64,000 nucleotides of DNA from Mustelus asterias (lineage: Eukaryota), in contig NC_135803.1 of NCBI RefSeq assembly GCF_964213995.1, forward strand, positions 116,746,001 through 116,810,000, read 5' to 3'. Of the stretch, positions 47,529 to 62,054 are shown in pieces (the first letter of the stretch is position 1; each line of letters starts with the position of its first letter). A program made the translations under genes and the position numbers. A model generated the notes under the pieces. It saw only the letters and a list, made by a program, of their open reading frames with translations, was not told the origin of the DNA and did not search any database.

Positions 47529-48971
47529 CAAACTTTGGCAAGAAAAACTGAAGAAGAAGCACAAGTTGAAAAGGAGTGCGAGAAAGAAAAGAGTAAAAGT
47601 GAAACAAGAAACAGAGAGAAGAAAGAAGAAGGAAGCGGCAAACACCTGAATGGAAACGGTCAAAGGACTCAAGAAGTGGAAGATGACAAACCAGAGAGCA
47701 AAGAGATCAAGTACAAATCAGAGAAAGAGAAAGAAACGATAGAGGTGATGAAGTCACAGCAAAACAAAGATGTGCCAGTTACTGAACCTGAACCAGAAGC
47801 TGAGGGCAGTAACCAGCCAGAGAGAACAGCAGAGAAGAGCCCAGATCAACACATCAAACAGTGGAAGATTGAAGACACCTTTCCCTTGTGCAACAAGAAA
47901 AAGCTGGATTCCTCTACTGAAGAGCAGTGTGAAGACAAGGAAAGCAAGAAAAGCAGCGAAGAAGAAATTTCTACACCTCCGAAAGAAAGCCAGGAAATTA
48001 CAGAGATGAAAACAAGCAATGGAAAGGCAGGAAAGAAGCTAGAATTGGATAGCAGTTTCCTCAAACTGACTGCAAGACCTTCAGGAAACCCAACGCTTTT
48101 AGATGAGACGCTGGCGGATATTCGCAAAAACAAATCTGACCTTACAGAGGTCAACCTGAACAATGTAGAAAATATCCCTAAAGATATGCTGAAAAGCTTT
48201 GTGGAAGCTTTGAAGAAGAATAAGCACATCACTACATTCAGCATTACTAACACGGGCGCTGATGACGAAATTGCTTTTGCCATAGCCAACATGCTGAGAG
48301 AGAACAAGAAAATTGTAACTCTCAATATCGAGTCCAACTTCATCACAGGCAAGGGCATTGTGGCTATCATGAGGTGCTTGCAGTTCAATGAGATTCTCAC
48401 TGAGTTGAGGTTTCACAACCAGAGGCATATGTTGGGTCACCATGCCGAGATGGAGATCGCCAGACTCCTCAAAGCCAACACTACCCTCCTGAAGTTGGGT
48501 TACCACTTCGAGCTGCCAGGCCCCAGGATGGTGGTCACTAACTTACTGACTCGCAATCTCGATCAGCAGAGGCAAAGGAGGCTGGAGCAGCAGAGAAACC
48601 AGTTTATGCAAGAACAAGAAATGATGGTGAATGCCTGCCAGAAAATCTCCCCTGACCAGCTGGAGATGTTGGGTGAATATGTGCCCAATCTCTCCACCTA
48701 CCATGAAGACTCTCGTCTCCCACCAAACGCCTTTCACAATCGTCCAAAAAGCAACATTCAACGAATACAACTCAGAAAACCTCCCAAAAAACAGAGTAAA
48801 AATAAAGCTGGTCAAGACAGAACAGATGGGAATGACAAGCCAAACCTCAAGGCAATGATAAGGTCACTAAAGCCAGTTCCCAGGAATCGACAAGAACCTT
48901 TAGTTGAAGATACCCCTCGAGACCAGTTGTTAAATGATATTCGTCAGAGCAACGTGGCTTATTTAAAACCT
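47529..48971 (+). CDS. LMOD3: Leiomodin-3, coding exon 2 (E/K-rich linker, LRR actin-binding domain, start of WH2; 481 codons)
   Basis: Acceptor ctctcttctccacag|; ARPSGNPT...EVNLNN...[52 protein letters not shown]; [20 protein letters not shown]|GTGAGT. Confidence 0.96.
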
Positions 48972-49317
48972 GTGAGTAATATTTCCATAAGCTCCCAAGT
49001 GGTCTTTTATACGACCATAGGATCCCCACAGTGCAGGAGGCCATTTGATCCATTGAGTCTGCACCTACTCTGCAAAACAGCATCTTACCCAGGCCCACCC
49101 CCACCCCACCCTCCAGTTTCCAGAACCCCGCATGTTTACCATGCCTAATCCACCTAACCTACACATCTTTGGATCACCCTTCTTTCCGAGCAACACCATT
49201 CAGCTGCCATCAATCATAACTGGTGTCAATTTTCCTTGTGCATTCAAGATTTTTGGTTAATATCAAATTAATTTTCATAACTTTAAAAACGTCAAACATT
49301 CAACTTTAAACATTAAA

Positions 49318-49624
49318 GGGTGGCATGGTTGCACAATGGTTAGCACAGCTGCCTCACAGTGCCAGGAACCTGGATTAGATTCTGGCCTTGGGAGACTGTC
49401 TATGTGGAGTCTGCACATTCTCCCCATGTCTGCATGGGTTTCCTCTGGTGCTCCAGTTTCCTCCCACAGTCCAAAGATGTGCGGGTTAGGTAAATTAGCC
49501 ATGGTAATTGCGCTGGGTTACAGGGGCAGGGCGGAAGGGTGGGCCTGGGTGGGTGTTCTTTCGGGGAGTCGGTGCAGACCCGATGGGCCAAATGGCCTCT
49601 TTCTGCACTGTAGGGATTCTATGG
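49318..49624 (+). mobile_element. HE1/V-SINE-type SINE (tail A); a tail-only minus copy lies at ~49016-49175
   Basis: Head, core and tail recognisable. Confidence 0.82.
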
Positions 49625-51159
49625 TTAACTTATTTCATTTAACAATCCTAGAAATTTTGAAACAAAATCCTACAGAAACTGGAAACAATCTGAAACAAAA
49701 ACATCAATACTGGAAAAAATTCAGCAAATCAGACAGCTTTGTAAAGAAAGGAAAATATTAATGTTTTAGCACTGCTCTTTGTTAGAAGTGAAGGATATTG
49801 CAGATAATTACTGAGATATGCCTTTATATTTTAGGATTTGTTGAACATTCCTTTTTCCAATCCAACTCTTGTGCCATCCCTCACCTCTTCAAAAAATCTA
49901 ATAATGTATTTATCTAGTTGGTGCATCATGCAAACTTCATTAGGGCACTGCCTTGCAGTCATTTCCATGTATCCATTATTCTCTACTTTAATTCATAATC
50001 GTACTCAGGTATTCATTATTTTGAATCTAAAAATGTAACTCAATATGTCCAATCCAATTTTCTCTGCTATTGGGAAAATTCTTCAAACATATTTCTAACT
50101 TCACTTCGGTTATGCTTTCTATTTCACTCATAGTGTAAGTACTGTGTTGCAACATATGTTGTTGAATGTCTTCAGATCTGCATAAATTTAAGATGCATAA
50201 ATTAAAGTAAAGTAAAAGTTTATTTATTAATCACAAGTAAGGCTTACGTTAATACTGCAATGAAGTTACTGTGAAATTCCCCTAGTCGCCACATTCCGGC
50301 ACCTGTTCGTGTCAATGCACCTAACCAGCACGTCTTCCAGACTGTGGGAGGAAACCATGATCAGCATTGCCTCACTCATCCCTGACTTGGTACAGATGTG
50401 AGAGAACAAAAAAGTATAAACTGCTGCTGAAGTAGACTTGTTCATGATTGCTGATGACCTTATCACAGTGTAAAAATATCACTGACACTAACGGAGGTAA
50501 CTTGTACCCTTAAACTTGCATCACCAGCAAATTCAAATCAATTCTTGTCCCATGCTGTAATGTTTCATACATGTTAAAATGAACTCTCCCTTCAAAAATA
50601 CACATTTTGACTCATCCAAAAAAAAAATACAAACCAGAATGAAGTTGATTTGAAAGCGGAATGTTATGAGTGAAAATTTTTCAGACTAGTTGCCATCTGT
50701 TCCCCTGGCACAGGCCCTTATTGTAAAGTCATTGTGCACAGTCTGCCATTGTCAGTCTTTTATTACAATAGCTGGAAAATCAAATGCATTGAGGCTGCAG
50801 TTTTTCAATTGTTGTGCGTGAGACCCTGTCAGCACCTTGAAAAATCAAATTAAATCTCAGAAAGCACTCCTAACACACTCTAAATCATTGTCCATATTTG
50901 AGCAATGAACTCACCAAAAGACAAACACATTGTGTATGGGGACTTAATTTATTGATTTTAATAAATGGTAATGAAGAGAGGTTAAACATAAAAGGTATTC
51001 TGCTTAATTATCACCTTATTCTAGATATAAAGGAGATCTCCATATACTTGTCAGAAACTCTTAGTTGCTCCATTAATTTATGCTTTTAAATTATTTGGCG
51101 GAGCTCGTATGGAAAGCTCATCCATGATCTCATGTAGCATTCTTTTAGCAATACCTTTT

Positions 51160-51746
51160 TAAAAGTTTAAGTTTATTTATTAATGTCACAAGTAGGCTTA
51201 CATTAACACTGCAATGAAGTTACTGTGAAAATCCCCTAGTCACCATACTCTGATGCCTGTTCGGGGACAGTGAGGGAGAATTTAGCATGGCCAATGCTAC
51301 AGCACGTCTTTTGGACTGTGGGAGGAAACTGGAGGAAACCCACGCAGACACAGGGAGAATGTTCAAACACCACACAGACAGTGACCCAAACCAGGAATCG
51401 AACCTGAACAGGGAGATTGGACATCTAGAATCATAGAATCCCTACAGTGTAGAAGGTGGCCATTTGGCCCTTTGAGCCTGCAGCAACAACAATCCCACCA
51501 GGCCCCAGGTGATCCCATGTATTTACCCTGCTAATCCACCTGACACTAAGGGGCAATTTAGCATGGCCAATGAACCTAACCTACATATCTTTGGATTGTG
51601 GGAGGAAATCAGAGCACCTGGAGAAAACCCACACAGACACGGGGAGAATGTGCAAACTCCACACAGACAGTGACTGAGGCCAGAATTGAACCCGGGTCCC
51701 TGGCGCTGTGAAGCAGCAAAGCTAACCACTGTGCCACAGTGCCACC
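51160..51746 (-). mobile_element. Two adjacent SINEs: tail B (51160-51406, head-truncated) and tail A (51426-51746)
   Basis: Both tails and cores recognisable; a further tail-B fragment lies at ~50205-50358. Confidence 0.82.
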
Positions 51747-52429
51747 TTCTATCTATTCCCATTCATGATGTTTCTGAAGTTATACCTCATAGGAAAGTTC
51801 CACAGAAAATATACATTCTAACCTAGTTGACAGTTTTAAATATGGTTAATTAAGAAAATGAAAAAAACAAAAAAGTTATTTTCCTTTACAACATTGAGGA
51901 TGAGATGGGAATTCAACAGTATATAGTTCATCTCAATTTGAGAATTTTATCTTTTATTAGGCAACAAAAATTGGGTTATAAGTACCTGAAATTTAAAAAA
52001 TCTTTCTGGTAGTTATTTTCCTTTCTTGAGGAGATTAATTAATGCTCAGGTAAGCATTGATGGACCGAATAGTTTATCAACCTTCTTTGCAAAAATTGAA
52101 CTATGTTCTCACATATGCTTGCAAATCTACAATACCTAACTGGAGCGAGCTTTCTAATCTCTGGACAGTAAATGCCAGCATCTCAGCTCACTTCAAATTC
52201 TACACAATTTAATTTTCAGTGGGGAATACTGAATAGTGATTGGAGCAGATATCATAAACACAGGAAAGCTATGGTCAATTGTCATACCTGTACTCTTCTC
52301 CATGGTGAGATAAGCTAGCCAAACACAGACTGGAACTTTCACAGTCTGGAAGATCAATAGCACTGTAAACCAGGCAATTATGTAATAAGCTACTAGGAAT
52401 GTAAATCCAAATCGCTAAATTATAAGACT

Positions 52430-53300
52430 GACTACATAGAATCATATAACAGTGCAGCACAGCAAGAGGCCATTTAGCATCAGCTTTCTCGAAGGGCAAT
52501 CTAGTTAACCCAATTTCCTCATCCCTTTCCCCATATACCTACAATTTGTTTCCTTCAAGTATTTATCAAAATAGCTTTTGTAAGTCACTATTGAATCTGC
52601 TTCCAACACCCTATCAAGCAGTGTATTCTGAATCCTAACTAGTCATCGTATGAAAAGGTTTTCATCATGTTGCCTCTGGTTCTTTTTGTCAATCACCTTA
52701 TCTCTGTTCCCTCTGATGGTTGGCCTTTCAACCATTGGAAGCAGTTCCTCTATCTAAACACTCCACTATTTTTAACAGCTCTAGTGACTCTCCACTTAGC
52801 CTTTCCTCGCTCTAAGAAAACCAATCCCAACATCTCCAGTCTATCTGAGTAACTGTAGTTCCTCATACTTGAAAGCATCTGAACAAATCTCTGCTGTACC
52901 CTCTTCACATCTTTCATAAAGTGTGGTGCCCAGAATTGGACACAATACTCCAGCTGGGACTGAACTAGTGTTTTACAAAGGTGCAGCATAACTTGTTAGC
53001 TTTTGCAAAAACTACCGTTATTTATAAAGTATTGATCCCGTATGCTTTATTAACTGATTTGTTAACCATTTTCAAAGATTTGTCCACAAGCATCCCCAAG
53101 CCTCTCACATCCTGCACCCCCTTTAAAATTGTACTATTTAGTATTGGCTCTCCTTATTCTTCCCAGCAAAATGTGACACATCACACTTTTCTGCATTGAA
53201 TTTCAGCAGCTCATTCCACCAGCCTTCTTATAACGTATTACTATCATCCTTGCTGTTTACTGCACTTTCATCTGTTTTGTTTCATCTGCAAATTTCAAAA
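52430..53300 (-). mobile_element. Degenerate CR1 3' fragment
   Basis: [12 protein letters not shown] and LKFADETK remnants. Confidence 0.75.
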
Positions 53301-53984
53301 TTAAGCCCTGTAGGGGACATGCTAACAGGGTACTTATCGAACATGGTTTTATGAAAGGGATGGCATTATGAAAGGGCCTCTTTCCCCCTAACTTCCCAGC
53401 ATCGGATTTGGGGGGAGTACCCCAAAGATGCAATGGGGCATCCCTCTCAGAAGTTCCCAGGTAAGGCACTGGGTGGCAATTGTCCAGAAGCACTAATTTC
53501 CTCTGGACAATTACGATGTGCTGGTAACCATCCGACAAACCAGCGTTATGCTAATAGTTAAGTGAAAGAGTTAAGTATTAAGAGTCAGCGTAAGTATTTT
53601 GAACACCGAGACCGAGCCCTGCATTGGCCTCCCCCCACAATCCGGACCCCCCACTTATCAACCCCAGGGTATTCCCAACACCCCCTCCAAAACCCTTGAT
53701 CAGACCCCACTCCCAACTCGCCGACCAAATAGGACCCAGACTTGGACAGCCTCCAGAGCAGACTCAGACACGTAATGCCCCCCCCCCCTCCCCCCACCGC
53801 TCTGGTCTTCGGGGACTCTTCACTGCAAATTCCAACAGCTCCAACCAGCGGAAGTTTGAAGAAAGTTTCTTAAAGCTGGCAAGTGCGCGTTAAACTTTTG
53901 TAATTCCAGCGGGCCATCACTTTACGCTGCTGGGTGGAAGTTATGGTCTTGCGTGCAGGAGATGCAACACCTACCCTTTCACCG

Positions 53985-54360
53985 CCTCTCTCTCCTCACT
54001 GTCCTTACACTTTTTCCAGGCTTAACAACAATACAGGTGCACTTCTTTCAACTTAATATAGCATATTGTTGCTCACAATGCAGTTGTGCTGTAGATTAGG
54101 GACATCAAATGCAGACTGGGTGACCACTTTGAGAAACAGCTCAGTTCAGCCACAAACATGACTCGGAACCTATCCTTGACCTCACACCGATCTCTCAATC
54201 CATGGCCACCTGCAATGTCTCAATGAACCTCAACATAAAACTCATTTTTTGGTCAGACATTTTACAGACTTCTGGACTTCACATTGAGATTAATATTTCA
54301 AACTGCAACCTCTGCCCCCATTTTGTTTCCTTTGTTTCTTGCAGATTTTGCCTTTTCTCT
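53985..54360 (+). mobile_element. Highly degenerate Penelope-like GIY-YIG remnant
   Basis: Piecewise translation resembles ...CSQC...KCRLGDHFEKQL...LIF...LQTSGLHIE, the end of a PLE endonuclease. Confidence 0.45.
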
Positions 54361-55399
54361 TGTTTTGGCACTTCAAACAATGTGCAAAAGTTCAAAAACT
54401 GCTTCTTTTCCCAAGTAGTGACCTGTGTGGAGATATGTTATTGGCACTAATGAACTGAATTAAATCCTGTTTTTTTTTGCAGTGTTAATGTAAGTCTTAC
54501 TTGTGACTAATAAATAAACTTTTACTTTATTTTTTTTGCAGCCTGTCCTAATAGCCTTTGAACTGAATGACCAAAGGCTGTATTTTTGAAAATATATTCA
54601 GGAAAATTTACAACCCTGAAAGAACCTAATTCGGAATTTTAGCAAGTATGAATCCAGAGAATAGGATTTCACTATGCGATTGCAAAAAAAAGTGGTACTC
54701 ACAATCTGCCTTTCATGATGATAGTTTAATGCTTCTTACATGTCTACAATAATATAAAATACCGTTGATGCCATAGATCGCATCAGTATGTGTGGAAAAT
54801 GCTCCCTCTAGTGTTGCAGCATCAATAAATGATATCCAATTTCCTGTTTCTGATGCAAGGTCACCATTCTGAAATGTTAGCTGTTTCTCTCTCCACCGGC
54901 TCCTCCTGACCTGCTGCATTGCCATAATTTTGCATCTTTTATGAAAAGAAAATGTTTTACAGATCTATTGAAGTTTTTTGATAGCGTACCAATAGATGTA
55001 GCATACTTGAATTTTCTAAAGCCATTCAATAAGCCGCAACACCCGACATTGTTACAGAAGATTAGAGTTCATAGGATTGGGACGATTATATTAGCATGGG
55101 TCGGGGATTGGTTGATAGACTGAAGGGAAGAACAAATAGGTCATTTTTGGGTTGGTAGCTGTAACTAATGGAGTGCCACAAGGATCAGTTATTTACAATC
55201 TATATCAATTATTTAGATGAGGGCACCGAGTGTAATGTATCCAAGTTGGCTGAAAAAAAAAGTAAGGTGGATAGGTAAGCTGTAAGGAGGATGCAAAAAG
55301 GCCGAAAATGATTCGGCAAGAAGGTGGCGGATGGAATATACTGTGGGGAAATTTGAAATGACCCAATTCGAGAAAAAAAAATTTGAAAGAAATATGAGA

Positions 55400-55729
55400 G
55401 ATCATAGATTAGAATCATACAGTGCAGAAGGAGGCCATTCGGCCCATCGAGTCTGCACCAACCACAATCCCACCCAGACCCTATCCCCACAACCCCATGC
55501 ACTTACTCTAGCTAGTCCCCCTGACATTAAGGGGCAATTTAGCCCAGCCAATCCACCTAACTCGCATATCTTTGGACTGTGGGAGGAAACCGGAGCATCC
55601 AGAGGAAACCCACGCAGACATAGGGAGAACGTGCAAACTTCACACAGACAGCGACCCAAGCCGGGAATCGAACCCGGGTCCCTGGCACTATGAGACAGCA
55701 GTGCTAACCACTGTGCCACCATGCCACCC
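55400..55729 (-). mobile_element. HE1/V-SINE-type SINE inside a degenerate CR1 (~54940-56130)
   Basis: Full head, core and tail. Confidence 0.87.
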
Positions 55730-57511
55730 TATCCACCTTGATGAGTTGGTATTCTCAGGAACTTGGGTATTTATGTATACAGTCACAGAAAAGTAATATG
55801 CAGATACCGCACGTAATTAGCTAGGCAAATGTTTTGTTAACCTTTCTGATAAGGGGGCTAGACTATAAGAGCAAGGAAGTCGTGCTGTAATAATATGGGA
55901 CTAACTCCACATCTTTAGTGCTGGTACAAATTTGGTCTCCTAACTGAAGGGAGGATATATAAAATTAATTCGCGGTTTGACTGAGGTAGTGTCAAGGTAC
56001 TGTTTCTCCCTGACTGAAGAGTATAGTCTCAAGCCCAACATGCTCTCCCATTTAGGACTGAGATGATAAATGTCAGAAGGTTGTGAAGTTTAGGAATTCT
56101 ATGCCAGAGGGCGGTGTATGCTCAGCTGTTGATTATTTTTGTTCTCAATGAATCTATGCTGGTTCTCCTTTATTCGACCATACTTGACTAAGTGACTGTT
56201 AATTTTATTCCAAATTGTTTGTAAAAGCTTTCCCACCACAACTGTAGTTGCCAGGTTTATTATTCTCGCCTTATTTTGACAAAGTGTATCACATTTTCCA
56301 ACTCCAGTCCTCTGGTACTGCCCATATTTTAGGAAGATTGAATTGTAGCCAGCCAGCATTTTCATTATTTCGACCCTTACTGGCCTCAGGATGAATTATC
56401 AACTGTGCCCTTCCAACCTTTCTAGTTCCTCCTTACTTGCTTTTTGTTTTACCCAATTCAATCTTACCAGAGCTATTCAAAATTTTTACTGCAACAATGA
56501 AGGAGATGAATGCTGTTATTTTCTGCCACATTGTAAAACCTAGAATTTAATAGTTACTGGCAGTACAAAACACATTTTAGTAGCTGTTAATTCATTTAAA
56601 TTCTCAAAAACAAAAATATTAAAATGCATTTAAAGTTTTCAATTAATATCACTAATAAGTTACTTAAGGAATAACCTAATGACGATGGTGTCTAATGAAA
56701 AGTTGCATTTGTTTCCTGTGTCAATTCAACTTCGAACACAGATGTAAGAAATGGATGACCAGACACATTCCACCTCCTGCCCCAACACATTACATTGGCA
56801 AATTTACTCAAATATCTGGACCCAAAGGTTTGGAGAACTGACACCAACATATCAAACCCCAACTAATGATATAATGTAACCCAAATCCTAATTATTAATA
56901 AATTTTTCAAGCTATGTTACTCAGTATTAGGAATTGTATCCCTCCACTTCAACTCTCTATTGCTAAGAAATATTTGAAAATGATCACTGTGCTATCCCTT
57001 GTCTTGCCATTTTTTTTCCTTCTTGCCCTCCTGAAGGTATTGACTCGTGGCTGGAATACTGAGCAGCCCCTAATCTCTCAGCCAAGCAGTCACTCACCAC
57101 AAGCTACCTTAGATGATGCACAGCAGTAGATTGTTCAAACCAAGTTCAGGCACTAAGAAACCAGCAGGACATGCCTTTCTTTCCTTTTCATTCTTTTGAC
57201 ATTTTGAAGTGCAATAAATCTTAGTCAACATTCCTTCTGTGACCACCACCAGCCAAAACAGATTAACTGATCTTTCATCTAGATTGTTCTTTGTCGAATC
57301 AGTCTGTGCATGGATTGGCTGTTGTAGTTGCTTACAGAATACTGATTGCACTTCAACCATAATTCATTGGGTGATGTACACCATTCTGGGATGTCACAAG
57401 GTCATGATCAGACAATACACACATCTCAAGGGGATATATTGTCTTTGTGCAATTTGTAATTAATTCACCCAAATGCTGAAATTTACACTTTCTTTCTCGT
57501 CTTGTTCACAG

Positions 57512-57538
57512 GTTCCACTTCCAAAGCTGTTGGGTTAG
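57512..57538 (+). CDS. LMOD3: Leiomodin-3, terminal coding exon (VPLPKLLG*)
   Basis: Polypyrimidine tract and acceptor tttctttctcgtcttgttcacag|GTT CCA CTT CCA AAG CTG TTG GGT TAG. Phase 0 matches exon 2 and mirrors the short leiomodin last exon. AATAAA at 57775-57780. Confidence 0.88.
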   Translation, partial: VPLPKLLG

Positions 57539-60500
57539 TCTTGTAAAACGTGGAAAGCCAGTATGCCAGCTGTTTAGCAAAAAATTCAGAATTGTGCAAC
57601 AATAGGGATGGAGTGTCACAGTAACACGTGGACTGTTCCCTACTGTTAGCATATCTGTGTGGGAACAATTACAGAAGTTAAGGTTCTTTGTTTGCATTAA
57701 ACAAACTATGTGCATTAAAAGCCTATTGTCTTAGAAAGTTATTCACTTTGATTTGTATCTGGAATGTATTATAAAATAAAACGATTGAAACATTAGTTCC
57801 ACCTTTATTTTCCATTTGGTTATGTTTTCCCCTCCACATTTTAACATTGCTGAACTCACTACAAATTAATGCCCAATTGACCAGCCACAATCCCCGTAAA
57901 CATTATGAGTCTCTAACAGACCTATAGTTTAATGCCCTAGTCAAAGAAGCAGCTTTGCTTCCTTGGTCCATCAGTGAAAGACCACTTGGACAGTGAGCTC
58001 TATTCTAGGTATTTATTCAAATCTGACCTTTTCACCATTTCTATAAAATCATGTTTGAGATGTGCAAAAATCTCAAGTTTTTGCTATTCAGCTAAATTGG
58101 ATGTCATGCAAATGACAAAAGCATTACAGAGTTTATTGGAGCAGGGAGTCAAGAAGATAAAGGGTACTGCTATACTACAGGTACCACAATCAGACCCAAG
58201 TTACAGTGCCTGTTGGTATCACATTTCACCCAGTGACACACTATGTCTGCTTATTAGCAGTTATGTTCATTAAAAAGGAGCACTTGCATTGACTGTCTGA
58301 TCAAAAATAAAGTTCAAAAAATTCCATGGTTATCTGACTTTGTATGGACCCATGGTTAAACATGGCATAAGAGACTACCTCCTGTGGGTGTTCCAATATC
58401 TCGGTTACAGTACATTCAAGTTAGATCATCCACAATTTGATATATCACTGCTAGTGGAACAAGCTTACACAATACTTTAGTCGGTAAGTAGGTAACATGG
58501 AACTGAATTAACAATGTTTACCTTAGAGACTTAATGTGCTACAAAATCATTAAATCAACTTACAATTCTGTGTAAAAAGGTCAAACATCGATTTTGCGAT
58601 TTATTGCATTAATTGTAGTGTCCAAAAAGAGACATTGATGTCTGAATTTGTTTGTTTCATAAATTAAAGCAATTTTTAAAATTGTGAGAAATAATGAGCA
58701 TTAGCTGGTGTGAAATCGAGGTCAGTCCTCAAATGACCAGATTTATTGAATTTATCACAACTTGCAACCTTGTTCCTTTTGAGTGTATCCATATTCTGAT
58801 CAAATCATTAATAGTCAAAGGGCAGAACAGACATATTCCTATATATTCACCAAATATGAATGACTACTGAAATTCATTGGGCAGTCCACTGACTGGCTGT
58901 GACCATTTTAAACTTCTCCCCTATCTCAGTTACACTGCAATCAACACAAAAGCAAAATAGAGAGCTGATCTTCTGCACCGTGTCTCATTAGGCTTTTCTA
59001 GTCGACAGCTGATTCAAAGCCAAAACAGCTTTTTCAAAATCACAAGCCAGGAGATTGACCAGGCCAATTCTGACAAGGAAGCTCTAAAACAAGCAACTAA
59101 TAAAAAAAAATGCTCATACCAGAAAACCTAGCTTCCTTTTATTCATTTTGCTCATTAACTCAGCAGAATGCATTGATACAGGAAAAAAAATGGATCAAAT
59201 AGATGAGTCATTATGTCAACCTACAGACAAGTTCAAGAACCTGCCAGATATTTCTGGACATTAATTGGACAGAAATGGAGGTGATAAAGTTATTAATTGA
59301 AAAGGGAGAGATTTGTGGACTTCTGTGCAGAAAAATTAAAATTTAGAGCATATTTGGCATGTTAATTTTCACTCATTGTTTGGGAGAAATGGGGTGAAAA
59401 ACAAATTAATTCCACAATGGGGCACATTTGTGAATATACAAGCGAGTTTGATTCAATATAACAGGATATAATGCAAATTGTTTATTTGTACCATATTCTT
59501 TAAGTATTTGGATAACCTTTTTAAAACTTATATGACATTACAACTTCAGGATGCTGTAAATGTTTTACAGCCAATCAGGACTTGAGATATAAGAGTTCTG
59601 AATGTGAATATAGGAATTAGAGCCAAATTGTGCACAGCAAGGACCCACACCCAATGAGAATAATCAGATGCGTGTTGATTGAGGGTTAAATGTTAGCAGG
59701 GATACATTGGAGGTTTCCACTATTCTTCAAATTAGCATCATTCCATCTTTTGGTCAGATATTGCCTCAGTTTAACATTTCATCTGAAAGTCAATATCTCC
59801 AGTACAGAAGGGGGGGGGGTGGCACTAAAAAAACCTGCAAGTCTTTAGAGTGGGACTTGAATCACAACATTCTTCACGATGAATCAAGCCCAAAACCAGG
59901 GACTTCAACCCTATGTAGTGGGTAAATACACCTCCAGTATGGTAAAACCTTACAGCATCAAATTTTCAAAACGCAATCACTGGAAGATGCAAAAGATGAC
60001 CAGTATACCAAGCTATTGGGATCATTTACACCCTAGCTAATCTACCTCTTATCTGAAATAAATTTTTGGCCAATAAAAGATCAAAATGAAGAGACCAAGT
60101 CTGAAAGCAAATAGGAGCTATTTTGAACTTTACCAATAATTGAGATTCCACTATTACTAATCTAACTAATGTTATTTCGCAAATGGGAGTACTCCCTGTG
60201 GCTATGGGTGCCATTTTAAATTTCACTGAGCCACATGAAATGTTCACAGGTAGCCCCTGCACAATATGTTGATGTCACTCCCGCTACAATAACTTGCATT
60301 TATATTGCACCTTTTACATTGTAAAACAGCTTCTCAGGAGCATTAACAGACAAAATATGACACCGAGGTGCAGTGGGATCACATTTGGCTGGGTGGGTGA
60401 CTAAAGTTTAGTCAAGCATGCAAGTTTCAAGGCTCACCTTAAAAAGGGAGGGGACAATAAGCTCAGGAAAGGAATTCAAAAGCTTCAGTCACTGAGATAC

Positions 60501-61590
60501 CTGTACACAGTTCCAATTAGTCATGAATAAACTGGTTAGTGAACAATATTAAAATCTTCCAAATGCACAATTTAAAGTAGCTTTTATTGCATGCATGAGA
60601 TGTTGCATATCTTTGGACCTGCAGTTAAATGTCAAACAATTGTTTGTCAAGCATCCTAGCAGCTGTTTTGAAATGGAATTGCAATCATTTCATTAATAAA
60701 TGTGCTGAAAATCCCAAGGACATAATTTTTAAACTCACTTTTCCAGAGCTTTTAGGTTTGGTAAGAAGTGAAAATGGATGGTTGAGACTGCAAGTTTTTC
60801 AAATCCTACCTGGGGAGTGTGACTTCTGCTTTTTCTAATGTAGGATTTAATTAGTTTGGCAATGATTTCTGTGATCGTAAGAATGTAAGAACTGATGCTT
60901 TGTTCACATTTTACTGAACCTTTCAAGCCTAATTTCACAGAATATTAATCCCTTTTCACCTGGATCTCCTCAAAAGTCAACTGGGTACACATTAAATATA
61001 AATTGATCATTATTTCCCCATATAGTTATAATCAAAAATCAATACAAAAAGTGTTTCATTCATATTCTTGGGCAAAACAAATCACACAATACAAGAATAT
61101 GAAACTTTCTACATTTGAAACTGCAATTGGAAACAAGATTGTGGAAATGTCAAACTGTTTTTATGTAACACCAAAGATCCAGATCCATGTATTTTAATTC
61201 TTGCATATCCATGAATCAAAATGCAACATTGTATCCTTAAACCCAAAAACAAAAGCTGAACCAATTTACAGAATTAAATTTAACACCACAAAAAGTGCTC
61301 AAGTATACACATCATCCAGGTAAACTATGGCAATATCAGCATGTTAGCTAGCAGCTATTTTAACAAAACTTCCTCAAAATACATAAAGCCAAGAAAAGCA
61401 TAGCCTGGCACTATATCAAGCTGTTTGTTTTCTACAATACATTTTTACTCTGCAAGAAACCATCCACTTGTGCTTTGGAATACTTGACAATGGAGCATCA
61501 CTATCAGGTTGTATGTGGATCGCAAAATATTACTCCAGGAATACAGCACAACATAAGTTAACAGTACAAAGTTAGTTGATAAGTTCCTCA

Positions 61591-61766
61591 TTAGTCTTTG
61601 TTTTGAGCTGCCAACATATCAGCAAATTTAGAGACGTGTTCCTGTTCTTGACCAAGTGCATTCAGAAAGATTCCCATGGGGGTCTTCTTCAGTCCAACCT
61701 CTTCCATCTTGTTTTCAAGCTTGTTCTTCAAGTTACGAAGCCGCAGAGAAGCATGTACAAACATCA
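61591..61766 (-). CDS. ARL6IP5: PRA1 family protein 3, last coding exon
   Basis: (L)[57 protein letters not shown]; acceptor AG at 61768-61767, phase 1 matches the upstream exon. Candidate AATAAA at 60583-60588. Confidence 0.93.
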
Positions 61767-62054
61767 CTGAAATAATGTTGTTAAAGGTTAAACTCGAGTC
61801 TACAATTTAAGTTAGTTTTTAAACTTACATTAAAAAGTGCTTTACATATTAAACATCTTACATCCAGGCAAAGAGCTCACTAAGTGAATTCTAGATAGGA
61901 ACCCAGCTGCTACCTGCTCCATATAAGATTTCACCTAAATATTACAGCAGGCAAGATTTAGCAAAGCCATTTCTGAATTCTATTGGGCCAATAGACACTA
62001 TAATATTCAGTTTTCTAAAGAGATGTACATTGAAATATCAATATTCTACTAATT

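Noticed and set aside
48972-49148. C-terminal extension of the 537-aa ORF
   Set aside because: Intronic: it follows a GTGAGT donor and runs into a SINE tail. The real end is the exon at 57512.
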